Shown here: positions 12,027 to 24,904 of the stretch, piece by piece
Layout: each line of letters begins with the position of its first letter
Position numbering within the stretch: position 1 is the first letter of the stretch
Source: an uncultured Gemmatimonadales bacterium
GTDB lineage: Bacteria; Gemmatimonadota; Gemmatimonadetes; Gemmatimonadales; GWC2-71-9
Assembly (NCBI GenBank): GCA_963821525.1
Contig: CAWGED010000004.1
Location: 288,001 to 352,000 of the forward strand
Reading direction: 5' to 3'
Length of the DNA: 64,000 bases
Made by a program: the position numbers and the translations under genes
Notes under the pieces: generated by a model
Told to the model about the DNA's origin: nothing
Seen by the model: the letters and a program-made list of their open reading frames with translations, nothing else
Database searches by the model: none

Positions 12027-14082
12027 GTGACCTCCACTCGTACCGGGCAGCAACGCGCCGCGCTCTCGCGCGACCTTTCGGTATTTCTGGTCCAATTCGC
12101 CATCGCGCTGCACAAGAACAGCGCCTATCCCGAGGGTCACCCCCTGCTGGGATCGGCGGTAGATGCGGTTACCCTCCGGCTCCACTCGCTGCTTAATCAG
12201 CGTCCCACTCTGCTGCTTGGTGTTGCCCGAAATCAACTGCTGATCGAAGGTGTCGCGACCGATCCGGAGAACCCGGTGCTCCGCGACCTCGCGAACCGGT
12301 TGCATCGTCATCAGCTGGGAGCGCTCAAGTTCTCCCAGGGCGCGGCCCCGACCGAGATCGCCGACGTCATGCGGACGCTGAGCGCCGACTCCCGAACCGA
12401 GCCGCTCGGCACCCAGCCGCTTGAGCAGCTGCAGCGCTGGCCCCATGTCAGGCTGTTTCCCCAGGCCTATGATCAACTCGAATTGAACGAGGACGGCGTC
12501 TCCCAGGCTGGGCCATCTCAGCAGCACCACGAGTCTGGCGGGGCGTCTGTGGCTCGGACTCGCGTCCGCGGCGTTGATGCGGGAGAGCGGCGAAGAACTG
12601 CCTCAGGATCCAAAGGAAATCGCTCGCGCCATAAATGGCCGCCGGCGCGACGCCACCTACGACCAAGTCATCGTCAACTATCTGATGCAGCTCAGCCAGG
12701 AGCTGCGGATGAGTCACGGCGCCGAGGCGGCAGAGCTCAAGGATCGACTGGGCTCTCTCCTCGGCGAGCTGGATCAGCAGACCCTCAGCCACCTCCTCGC
12801 ATTGGGTGGCAACCTTGGCCAGCGGCGTCAGCTGATCGGCGATGCAGTGCAGTCGATGCCGATCCAAGCGGTCCTCACCCTGCTCAAAGCCACCGCCGCC
12901 AGCAGCAAGCAGACCATTTCAAATTCGATGGTCCGGCTTCTCACCAAACTCGCGCTTCATGCAGAGCAGGGGAGCCAGCAGATCCGCCAGGACGCCGACC
13001 TCGCCCTGCGTGACACGATCAGGGAACTGGTTTCCAACTGGACACTGGATGATCCCAATCCCGGTTCCTATGGCAAGGTGCTGGAGCGTCTGGCTGGTCC
13101 GGTGCCAGCGGGCACTCCCTCAAGCGGGGCCACCCAATTCGAGGCGCGGCGCATTGTCGAAATGAGCCTCGAAATCGGCACCATGGGCGCCAGCGTGAAG
13201 CGGGCAGTGGATCAGATGCTGGAAGAAGGGCACGCCATGGAGTTGCTTCAGCTGCTCGATGGACCGCAGGCGCCGCCCGATCTTGTCGATGACATCTGGG
13301 GGTATCTGGCCACCCCCCAGAGCATTCGGCAACTCCTTATGAACGAGCCGCGAGACACCGAGGTGGTGGAGCGGCTGGTGGCACGGATGGGCCTGGACGC
13401 GGCGGAGCCCCTGCTGGATGCGCTGGAAATTGCCGATTCCCGCACCTCCCGGCGGCGCCTCCTGACCCGGCTGGGAAAGCTGGGCACCGATATCGGGCAG
13501 TCGGTGGTGGATCGGCTCCCGGGCTCACCTTGGTTCGTGCAGCGTAACCTGCTGGCACTCATGGGCTCCATGCCCTCGTGGCCCCGGAGTTTTTCGCCCG
13601 CCACCTATGCCGCCAACACCGATCCCCGGGTCCGCCGGGAGGCACTGAAATTGATGTTGCGGCTACCCGATTATCGGGACGAGGCGATCGGTGCCACCTT
13701 CGCGGATGATGACGAACAGGTTATCCGGCTCGGTCTTACGGCCGCGGCGGAGGGGTGTCCGGCGCCTGCGGTGCCCCGCCTCATGACCATGCTAAGAGCC
13801 CATGGCAACGACGTTGAGCTCCGGGCTCTGGGCATCAGGGTGCTGGGGACCGTGCGCACTCCGGCGACCCGCGATTGGCTGGTGGACCACGCGTTGACCA
13901 AGAAGAAGCTGTTTCGGGGGCGTCGGCTGATGGCGAAATCGCCGGAGATACTCGCCATCGTCGCGGCACTGGCGCGGGGCTGGCGCGAGGACAAGGCCGC
14001 GGCGGAAGTGCTCCGTCTGGCGCAGTCGAGCGGTGACGCCGAAATCCGGGCGGTGGCACAGTTGGGCCGGGAGCCTGCATGA
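12027..14082 (+). CDS. Large HEAT-repeat protein with an uncharacterised N-terminal domain, frameshift near 12530
   Basis: ORFs 11892..13013 and 12574..14082; YPEGHP motif; PWFVQRNLLALM, DPRVRREAL HEAT repeats. Confidence 0.75.
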
Positions 14083-15251
14083 ACGATCCGGTCCGCTTCC
14101 TCAACGCCCTGGGTCAGGCGCTTTCCGCGATGGGGTTGTACGGGCCTAAGCATCCGGCGAGAGAACGGGCGGTTGATGCCGCTTACGACCAGTTGTTGAG
14201 CGTCGGCAAGACCGACCAGCAGCCCAACTTTTCGTTCCTCGACGAAGAGGTGCTCTACCGGCAGCAGGTGCTGCGGGAGCTCAGAGGCTGGGACTGGGGC
14301 CGCAAGCTTTCCAAGGTCGGCGTCCAGCGGATGGAATTCGACGAGGATGTGACCCGGGAGGATTTCGAAGGATTTCTCTCCCAGGTGCATCAGCAGGTGC
14401 AGACCGGAAATCCGGACACCAGCGAGGCTCGCCAGCTGCGGCGGCCCAGCATCCGATTTGGCGCGGTCAGTGTCCGCGGTACTACCGCAGAGAGCGCGGC
14501 GGAAGCGGTGGCTACCGCGACGATCGCATACACGCTGGGTGAGGAAGTGGGCGCGGTTCAGTGGGTGCACGAGCAGGTCCGGGCGGGCTCCCTCCTGGAC
14601 ATGGCGGAGGCGGAAGGTGTGGTCCGGTCGCTCTCTCTCGCGATGCACTCGGAGAGCCACATCATCCTTCCGTTGCTGCAGCTCAAGTCCTTCGACCAGT
14701 ACACCACGACCCACGCCACCAATGTGGCCGTGCTGTCGATGGCCCTCGCCGAGTTCATCGGACTGGGACCCAGAGAGGTGCGGGAATTCGGGACGGCAGG
14801 TCTGCTCCACGACCTGGGAAAGGTGCGGATTCCCAAGGAAATCCTCACCAAGCCGGGCGCCTTTACCGAGCAGGAAGTCGCCATCATGCGGCGGCATCCA
14901 GTGGATGGCGCGCGGCTGATTCTGGAGCGGGAGAAGGGGCTGGACCTCGCGGCGGTGGTGGCTTACGAACATCACCTCATGCTCAACGGCGAGGGGTACC
15001 CGCCGCTGCGCTACAAGCGGGAGTGCCATAACGCGAGCAAACTGGTCCACGTCTGCGACGTGTACGATGCCCTGTGCACCAATCGGCCTTACCGCGACGC
15101 CTGGATGGCTGAAGCGGCACTCGCGTACCTCGAGGAACGGGCCGGCCTGGAGTTCGAGCCTGAGCTGGTGATCTCTTTCGTCTCGATGATGCGAGACTGG
15201 AGCCAACAGAGGGTTCTATTTCCCCCGCTCGAGGAAGAGAAAACCAACTGA
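14079..15251 (+). CDS. HD-GYP cyclic-dinucleotide phosphodiesterase
   Basis: [26 protein letters not shown]. Confidence 0.92.
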   Translation: MNDPVRFLNALGQALSAMGLYGPKHPARERAVDAAYDQLLSVGKTDQQPNFSFLDEEVLYRQQVLRELRGWDWGRKLSKVGVQRMEFDEDVTREDFEGFLSQVHQQVQTGNPDTSEARQLRRPSIRFGAVSVRGTTAESAAEAVATATIAYTLGEEVGAVQWVHEQVRAGSLLDMAEAEGVVRSLSLAMHSESHIILPLLQLKSFDQYTTTHATNVAVLSMALAEFIGLGPREVREFGTAGLLHDLGKVRIPKEILTKPGAFTEQEVAIMRRHPVDGARLILEREKGLDLAAVVAYEHHLMLNGEGYPPLRYKRECHNASKLVHVCDVYDALCTNRPYRDAWMAEAALAYLEERAGLEFEPELVISFVSMMRDWSQQRVLFPPLEEEKTN

Positions 15252-15253
15252 TC

Positions 15254-18197
15254 ATGGGAACATCCCTGCGCTCGGCGATGCATGCGGTGCGTCATCTGCT
15301 GGGCTTCGACCCAGAAACGCTCCAGAGACCGCCCGTCCGTCCGGTTCGTCCGTCTCCCACTCGGGAGCCCGCCATTCCGGTGTACCAGGACCTCGGGGCG
15401 GGCGCGGAGTCGGAGCGGGTCCAACGCGCCCTCTATCGCATCTCCGAGGCGGCCCACGCCTCCCCCACACTGCAGGCGCTCTTCAGCGAGCTGCACGCGA
15501 TCGTGGGCGACCTGATGCCGGCCCGCAACTTCTACATCGCGCTGCACGACCCGGCGACCGACACGCTGAGCTTTCCCTACTTCGTCGACGAGAAGGATCC
15601 GCCTCCAGCTCCCCGACGGCTCCGCAAGGGCCTGACCGAATACGTTCTGCGGTCCGGCCAGGCGCTGCTCGATCGGCCCGGCGTGTACGCCGATCTGGTG
15701 ACTCGCGGTGAAGTCGAATCCATCGGTGCGGCGTCGTCCGACTGGCTCGGTGTTCCGCTCAAGACCGGCGACCGGACCATCGGGGTGCTTACCGCGCAGA
15801 GTTACGACGAGGGGGTCCGCTACACCGAGCGCGATCGGGACATCCTCCAGTTCGTCTCGACCCAGGTGGCGATGGCGATCGAGCGCAAACGGGGCGAGGA
15901 GGCTTTGCGTGCCTCGGAGGGTGAGCTGCGCGCGGTGTTCTCCGCGATGCGGGACGTCATCCTGGTGCTGGACGCGACGGGCCGGTACCGGAAAGTTGCT
16001 CCCACCAATCCGGGTCTGCTCTATCGCTCGGCTGATGTGCTCCTCGGGCGCACCCTTCACGATGTGTTCCCGCCGCGCCAGGCCGACGAGTTTCTCAGGC
16101 ATATCACCCGGGCCCTGCACACCGGAGAAGTGGTACACGCGGACTACGCGCTGACCATCGAAGACAAAAGGGTCTGGTTCACGGCTACGGTTTCACCCAT
16201 GACGTACGACTCGGTCGTCTGGGTCGCCCGGGACATCACCGACCAGAAGCTCGCGCTCGAGGCGCTGGCCGAGAGCGAAAGCCGCTACCGCGCGCTCTAC
16301 AACCGGTCGCCGGTGATGGCACACTCGATCGACCTGGAAGGTCGCATCGTCGCGGTGAGCGACTTCTGGCTTGCCACCCTGGGATACCAGCGCGATGAGG
16401 TGCTGGGACGGCCGGTTACCGATTTCCTCACGCCCGAATCCGCCCGTCTGGCGCGGGAGACCGTCCTTCAGGCCCTGATGCGGGACGGGTCCTGCACCGA
16501 CGTCGAGCACCAGATGGTCACCAGCGGCGGACAGGTCCTGGACGTTCTCCTTTCCGCGATCTCCGAGAAAGACGCCGACGGCAAGGCGACTCAGTCATTG
16601 GCGATCCTGACCGACGTCACCGAGCGCAAGCGGATCGCGCGACAGCTGCAGCACAGCCAGGAGCGGGTCGAACAGTTCGTCCAGACCACCAACGACGTGT
16701 TGTGGGACTGGGAGCTCGAGAAGCAGGAGATCTGGTGGGCGCCCACCCTGCGGAACCTGGTGGGATTCCAGCCCCACGAATTCCAGGGCGACTCGTGGAC
16801 CCGCGCGCTGCATCCCGAGGATCGCGAACGGGTTTGGGCGGGGCTTCGTGAGGCGGTCTCTGGCACGGGGCGCCTCTGGTCGGCGGAATACCGGATGCGT
16901 AAACGAGACGGCGAGTACTGCCACCTGCTCGATCGTGCCACCATCCTCCGCGATGCAGACGGCCGGGCGGTGCGCATGGTCGGAGCGATGATGGATGTCA
17001 GCGAACGGAAAGAGGCCGAAGCGGCATTGCGGCACAGCGAAGATCAACTGCGACAGGCTATGAAGATGGAAGCAGTGGGCCGGCTGGCCGGAGGAGTCGC
17101 TCACGACTTCAACAATCTTCTCACCGCGGTACTCGGCCACGCCGATCTGGCGCTGACTCAGGTGGATCCCGGCAAGCCGTTCCACGAGGATCTGCAGGAG
17201 ATCAAGCAGGCGGCCCTTCGCGCGGCGGCCTTGACCCAACAGCTGCTCGCTTTCAGCAGGAAGCAGGTGCTGGAGCGCCGCGTCGTTGACCTCAACCAGA
17301 TTGTGGCCGGAATTACCCGAATGCTGGACCGAACCATCGGCGAAGACATCGAGCTGGTCACCGATCTGGCTCCCGAGCTGGGCCGGGTGCATGCCGATGC
17401 CATCCAGCTCGAACAGGTGCTGCTCAACCTGGCGGTGAACGCCCGGGACGCGATGCCCGAAGGAGGCCGGCTCACCATCGAGACGATGAACGTCCAGTCC
17501 GAGGCAGGAGCGGTGGTGCGGATCCGCGTCGCGGACACCGGAGTCGGCATGACTCCAGAAGTGCTGGCCCACATCTTCGAACCCTTCTTCACCACCAAGG
17601 AGCTCGGCAAGGGCACCGGGCTCGGCCTCGCCACGGTCTACGGCATCGTGAAGCAATCGGGTGGTCACATCTCCGTGACCAGCAGCCGGGGCCACGGGAC
17701 GACGTTCCTCATCGACTTTCCCCGGTCTCCTGATGAGCCACGGATCGACGTCGTGGTCCCCGCCCGTGGAACGGCGTTCCGGCGGTACCGAAACGATCCT
17801 GCTCGTAGAGGATGAGGCGACCGTACGTACGCTGGCCCGCCGGGTGCTGGAGCAGCGGGGGTACAAGGTGCTCGAGGCGCAGCACCCTGAGCAGGCCTTG
17901 ATCGTGAGCAGGGGTTTTCAGGAGCAGATCGATCTGTTGCTGACGGACGTAGTGATGCCGGGAATGAGCGGGATCAAACTGGCGGAGCACCTGACCGCCG
18001 AGCGGCGCTCCATGAGCGTGGTCTACATGTCGGGGTACGCGGCAACCTCGGTGGAACAGCGGCTGTTGCTGGACGACAGCGTGCCGTTCATCCAGAAGCC
18101 CTTCACACCCGATATTCTGGCGCGGCGGGTTCGCGAGGTTCTGGATGAGGCTGCCCGCCGGGTGGGAATTGCGACGGCTAAGGTCCGGAGGTCTTGA
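15254..18197 (+). CDS. GAF-PAS(x3) hybrid histidine kinase with REC, frameshift near 17760
   Basis: [58 protein letters not shown]. Confidence 0.93.
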
Positions 18198-19064
18198 TCA
18201 GGGCAGGGAGGGGATCCCGGGCTCCAGTCCACCAGGAAGGAGTCTCCCTCCCGCACTACGATGTGCCCGTGTCCCACGACGCTCCCCGACCGGCTGAACT
18301 GCAGGAAGCCTTCCTCGTCGTACAGAGCCAACTCCATCCGATAGCTGTGTAGCCCGGCTCCGAACTGGTTGAGCGGCGAGGGACCAGGGGATCCGCATGT
18401 TCGAAATGCGGCCCACGTTGAGTCCGTCTACCCAGAGCTGGGCTTCGCGCCCGCGCTCGGTCTGGGCCAGCGCAGCCATGTTCACGTTGAAGGTGATCCG
18501 CTCCACGTCGCCGCTGACCGGCCCCACCTCGACTCCCGTCTCACCAATCCCGACCTTCTGCTCCGGCTCGTCTGGCAAAGCCGGCATGCAGTCCCTGATC
18601 ATCGCGGCGCGTTGCGACCCGGTCGGATGGACTGCGTCGAAACGGAAGGGCCCCAGTCGGGTGAAGAAGCGGATTGCGGCCTCGCTCGCCGCCCTGGCCC
18701 GAGGGTCTGCTCGGCGCGCCGCGTAGCAATCGGCCTCAAGCTCCTGTGCCTGGAGCGCTGAATCACGCACCTCATCCGGCAGGACGCTCAAGCCGGCACG
18801 GGTGTGGTGCAGCGCGATGTGGCCGTACTCGTGCGCCAGAAAGAATTCGGTGAGCTGCGGTCCGTACCGCCGGGCGCGAATCGGATTGTAGTAGATGGCG
18901 GGCTGGGGTACATCCACGGTCGCAATCGCGATATCGTCGATCGTATCGGTTGCGATCTCCGGGACCCCGGGGATCAGGTGCAACCCCTGAGCGTCTGCCG
19001 AGCCGGCGTTCCAGGAGAGGAAGACAGCAACGCACAACGCCCCGAGACGAGACTCCATCCTCAT
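18198..19064 (-). CDS. Exported HExxH zinc-peptidase-like protein with a C-terminal beta domain (C-terminus probably frameshifted)
   Basis: Signal peptide; FFLAHEYGH..ELEADC..HPTGSQR. Confidence 0.65.
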   Translation of the reverse strand: MRMESRLGALCVAVFLSWNAGSADAQGLHLIPGVPEIATDTIDDIAIATVDVPQPAIYYNPIRARRYGPQLTEFFLAHEYGHIALHHTRAGLSVLPDEVRDSALQAQELEADCYAARRADPRARAASEAAIRFFTRLGPFRFDAVHPTGSQRAAMIRDCMPALPDEPEQKVGIGETGVEVGPVSGDVERITFNVNMAALAQTERGREAQLWVDGLNVGRISNMRIPWSLAAQPVRSRATQLSDGVGSVRRGRLPAVQPVGERRGTRAHRSAGGRLLPGGLEPGIPSLP

Positions 19065-19221
19065 GTCAGGAATGTTGGGCTGACGCCTCTCTGGGGCAAG
19101 TTGAGCCTGAGGACTACGATGTTGCAGAGCCGCACATGCAGTGCGGCTAGCCCATCCACATCTGAGGACTAGCCAAACAACCTCGGCGTGATCCGCGTCT
19201 TCCACGGTTCGCAGTTACGGG

Positions 19222-19722
19222 TTACTCCGAAGGAGCCTGCTCCGCAGGCAGGCACGCGAGAATCCGCGCCGCGCGCTGGCTGCCGGAGGGATGATCCCGG
19301 TCAAACCGGTAGGGACCCAGTTGGCCGAAGAACCGCGCCGCTTCCAGCACCGCCCGCCGGTCGCTCCGACCCAGGGTAGCCGCGGCGTAGCAATCGGCCT
19401 CCAGCTCCCGGCTCTGCATCAGCGCGTCGCGCTTCTGGCGGTCTGCGTTAAGGGCGTTGGCCCTGGTGTGATGGAAATGAATGTGCCCGAACTCATGGGC
19501 GAGGAAGAAATCGCCGAGCTGCTGGCCGAAGCGCTGCATCCGGGTGGGATTCACGTAGATCATCGGGTGCTGCCGATCGTAGACCGCCACCGCCACGTCG
19601 CGCAGTGTATCGGTCGCTATGATCGTGACCGCGGCCTCGGGGTCCGGATATTCAGCCGGATCCACGCTGCCCGCGTACGCGAGCGAGAACAATCCTGTAA
19701 GAGCCAACCCGATGAGCTTCAT
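19222..19722 (-). CDS. Exported HExxH zinc-peptidase-like protein, paralog of the neighbour
   Basis: MKLIGLAL signal; FFLAHEFGH..ELEADC..HPSGSQR. Confidence 0.7.
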   Translation of the reverse strand: MKLIGLALTGLFSLAYAGSVDPAEYPDPEAAVTIIATDTLRDVAVAVYDRQHPMIYVNPTRMQRFGQQLGDFFLAHEFGHIHFHHTRANALNADRQKRDALMQSRELEADCYAAATLGRSDRRAVLEAARFFGQLGPYRFDRDHPSGSQRAARILACLPAEQAPSE

Positions 19723-19985
19723 TTCTGTCACCTGCTTGCTGCTGCCTGAAAACGAATCCGCCCCCGCGTCCACTCGGATCGCGGGGGCGGTGCTGCGGCG
19801 CTGTTGCGCGTCTGCCTTACCCTCGCGTTCCCTCGGGGGTGTAGACGATGCCCCGGCCATTCCGCCGATTAGCATGCCCGCCCCCGCAGCCCATAAGGCT
19901 CAGTACTCTGCCGTTCAGAGAAACCTCCAACACGAAGTCGTGTGATTCAGCCCACTATGACGGCCCTGCCTGGTCGAGAATATTG

Positions 19986-20000
19986 GCAATCCCTGTGCCG
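19986..20000 (-). promoter_or_regulatory. Candidate sigma54 -24/-12 promoter
   Basis: Minus strand CGGCAC-AGGGA-TTGC, facing the HExxH pair. Confidence 0.5.
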
Positions 20001-20113
20001 TTTCGTCTGTCAGCTTTTCACCAGCCCCGGCCCAGCCGGAATCCCTACAGCCAGAACGGGTTCCGCCATCCCGCGGGATTGACCGCGTCAGGTGTCAGAA
20101 TACCATTCACCTA

Positions 20114-20250
20114 ACCGCCAGGGGCATCGGGCCCCTCGGAATAGCACATCCCTCTAGTAAACGCGCGGGATGTCCGCGGGTTCCGACTTGCCCGATTGAG
20201 ATCGCACCCTTGGAACCTGATCCGGTTCAAACCGGCGTAGGGAGCGCGGT
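20114..20250 (+). ncRNA. TPP riboswitch
   Basis: CAGGGG..TGAGA..ACCCTTGGAACCTGATCCGG..ACCGGCGTAGGGA; P1 ACCGC/GCGGT; directly upstream of thiC. Confidence 0.93.
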
Positions 20251-20294
20251 GCAGGCGCTCCTTCCGTTTCCGGAATTTGGGAAGGAGTCCTTCC

Positions 20295-21966
<1,672 letters not shown>

Positions 21967-22032
21967 CGCGTGACAGCGCCCGCATCGCGCGGTATGGTAG
22001 AGCAGCAAGACCCACTTTAGCTGGAGGCAACT

Positions 22033-23933
22033 CTGGACCTGCTGCCTGGCCGCGTTTCGCGTCTCGCCTCCCCGGAGCGTCAGGCGCTTCTCGGCCTCCT
22101 GATTCTCGGCGTGATCGTCGCCTCCCTGCTCGGCCTCACCTATTTCGGATTCGAAACGCTGTCTTCAGCCCGCGCCTACGTGGGCGGCGAGGGCTTCTGG
22201 TCCAAGGCGCAGAAGGATGCGGTCTATCACCTGATGCGGTACGCCCGCAATTCCGATCCAGCAGAGTACGCCTTGTTCAGGAAGTGCCTGACGGTCCCAC
22301 TGGGTGATCGCGAAGCCAGGTTGCAGCTGGAAGGCCCCGATCCCGACCCGTGGCGCGTGAAGGTGGGATTTCTCCTGGGGCGCAATCACCCTCAGGATAT
22401 CGAGCGAATGGCCACGTTCTACCGGCGTTTTCGCAACGTCAGCTTCGTGGACCACGCAGTCGGCATCTGGACTCAGGCCGATTCCCTGATCGGCGAGCTG
22501 GCTTCGGTTGGCTCCCAGGTCAACGCGGAAATCACTTCCGGGCGGCCCGACCCTGTCCGCCTCGAGAGTTTGTTGAACGATGTCGACAAGCTGAGCGGAG
22601 AGCTGACCCAGCTGGAAGACGCTTTCTCGAGAACCATGGGAGATGGCGCGCGATGGGCTGCGCGGGTCGTGTTCGTTGCGATCGTCACCGCCGCCGCCCT
22701 GCTGGTGGCGCTTGCAGTCTTCGTGACCTGGCGCATGAACCAGCGGGTGCGGGAGTCGGAGGAGTCTCTGCGGGCCAGCGAGGCCCAGCTCCGGCAGGCG
22801 CAGAAGATGGAGGCTGTGGGTCAGCTGACGGGCGGCATTGCGCACGACTTCAACAATCTGCTCACCGTGATCCTCTCAACCGCCGAGCTGATCGACGCCG
22901 AGTTGCCGCCGCATGCGACGGAGGCGCGAACTGACCTCAGTGACTTGAAGCACGCCGCCGAGCGTGGCGCGGAGATGATTCGCAAGCTGCTGGCGTTCAG
23001 CCGGAGCGGGCAGCTGCAATTCCGGTCGTACGATCTCTCCCAGCTCGTGACCGAATCAGTGCAGATGCTGCGCCGGGTGCTCCCCTCGCATGTCGAGGTG
23101 CTGGTGGACGCCGATCACACCGTCCACCCGATAAGCACAGACCCCGCGGTACTCGAGCAGATCCTCCTCAATCTTGCGACCAACGCGCGTGACGCGATGC
23201 CCGAAGGAGGGAAGCTGCGCCTGTCGATCGACCAGGTCCGGCTGGACCAGCGCAACATCAGCCGACTGGGATGGGGGCGGGCCGGCAGCTACACCGCACT
23301 GCGGCTCAGCGACACGGGGTTGGGAATGGAGCAGGGGGTGCGGGAGCGAATCTTCGAGCCCTTCTTCACTACGAAGCCTCCCGGTCAGGGCACCGGCCTG
23401 GGGATGGCGATGGTGTACGGGCTGATGAAGCAGCACGGCGGGTTCATCGAAGTGCAGAGCACGCTGGGTATTGGGACGCGGTGACGCTGTACTTCCCTCC
23501 GGCGCTGGAACAGCCCACACCGGCGCCGCTCCTCCCGGTCCCGGCACCGGCGGGTACGGAGACCATTCTTCTGGTCGAGGACGAAACCGCCTTACGCCGC
23601 TCGGCGACTCGAATCCTGGAACGCAAGGGATATCGGGTGTTGACTGCCGCGGATGGCGAGGAAGCGCTACACATGTTTCGAATGCACCGGGACCGAGTCG
23701 CCCTGGTGCTGTCGGACGTCGTCATGCCAAGACTCAGCGGTCCCGGGCTCTACTCCGCTCTGCGGAGAGAAGGGGTTCAGGTGCCCTTCCTCTTCATGAG
23801 CGGTTACACCGAGCGCGAGGGGTCGAGAGGCATGCAGATCCCGCCGGGAGTTCGGCTGGTGCAGAAGCCGTGGGATGCGGGGGATCTGTTGCTTTGCATT
23901 CAGGAGCTGCTCAGCCACCGTGCTCCGAGCTGA
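22033..23933 (+). CDS. Membrane hybrid histidine kinase with REC, frameshift near 23470; start uncertain (CTG 22033 or GTG 22111)
   Basis: Two TM segments around [43 protein letters not shown]. Confidence 0.88.
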
Positions 23934-24823
23934 ACCGCCTCGGCCCTTCCGTAGAGCCAGCGGAGCATTTCCGGGAGAGCGCCGCGCCAAGTGGGGAGAT
24001 CGTGACCACCTGGCATCGTCACATGAATCACGTCCCGCCCGGCCCGGTAGCCCTTCCGCAGAATTTCCTCCACCAGTTCTTCGGTGTCCTGAATGGAGTC
24101 GATCACGCCGTCGCCATCCCGGTCGGCGGCTTCGTCGCGGACCCCGGTTTCGAGCCACATACGGAGAGCCGGGCGACCAGGAGTCTCCCGCACCCGGCGA
24201 TGCATGATCCGGGAGGCCTGCTTCAGCTCGGGCGAACGATCGTTGGTGCGCCACCAGAACGATCCGGACATGACTCCTACCGCGCCGATGCGATCCGGAT
24301 TGCGCCAGGCCAGGTCGAATGCCGACAGGCCGCCCAGCGACAGTCCCGCGATCGCTGTGGCGGGAGGACCGGTCAGCACCCGGTAGCGGCTCTGGATGAA
24401 GGGCATCAATTCGGTCAGCATGAATTGCTCGTACTGGCTCGCGCGGTCCCCGTAGCCCTGGGCGTTAGGCACTCCGGCGGTTCCGTACTCACGGATCCGG
24501 TCACCGGTCGCGTGGATCGCCACAACTACGATTGGCGCCGCCGAACCATCCTGCTGCGAGCGCTCGAGAGCGGCCGCCAGGTCGAGGCTCTCGGAATCCT
24601 GTCCATCGTTGAGGTAGAGCACCGGGTATCGCTCCCTGCCGGGGCCGTAGTATCCGATGGGAAGGAACACCTCTACTGTCCGCCGAGCCTTCAGGAACCG
24701 CGAACGAGTGTCCTCCAGACGCTCAATCGCAATCTCTCCCCGCCGCGTGCCCGTGACGTTTGCGGTCAGGGGCGCGTCGAGGCCACGGCGGGCTCGCTGC
24801 CAGATGTCGCGCCAAATAGTCAT
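23900..24823 (-). CDS. Putative esterase (alpha/beta hydrolase, Fes-like)
   Basis: RYPVLYLNDGQ, GLSLGG nucleophile elbow, SGSFWW, GGHD. Confidence 0.88.
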   Translation of the reverse strand: MTIWRDIWQRARRGLDAPLTANVTGTRRGEIAIERLEDTRSRFLKARRTVEVFLPIGYYGPGRERYPVLYLNDGQDSESLDLAAALERSQQDGSAAPIVVVAIHATGDRIREYGTAGVPNAQGYGDRASQYEQFMLTELMPFIQSRYRVLTGPPATAIAGLSLGGLSAFDLAWRNPDRIGAVGVMSGSFWWRTNDRSPELKQASRIMHRRVRETPGRPALRMWLETGVRDEAADRDGDGVIDSIQDTEELVEEILRKGYRAGRDVIHVTMPGGHDLPTWRGALPEMLRWLYGRAEAVQLGARWLSSS

Positions 24824-24904
24824 GGCAGAAGTATACTTCCGCGGCGTATTCGTCCGGCTTTTCGCGGCCTTTCTCCTATTCGTCGGTAGCAGTATTCTCT
24901 TGCG

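Noticed and set aside
13671..17866. Long antisense ORFs (13671..15206, 15089..16138, 16595..17866; likewise 20512..21690 and 57098..58366)
   Set aside because: Shadows of GC-rich genes with no recognisable motifs
19065..19221. CTGAGGACTA direct repeat around a short hairpin
   Set aside because: Two 10-nt copies only; cannot distinguish from chance or a simple terminator
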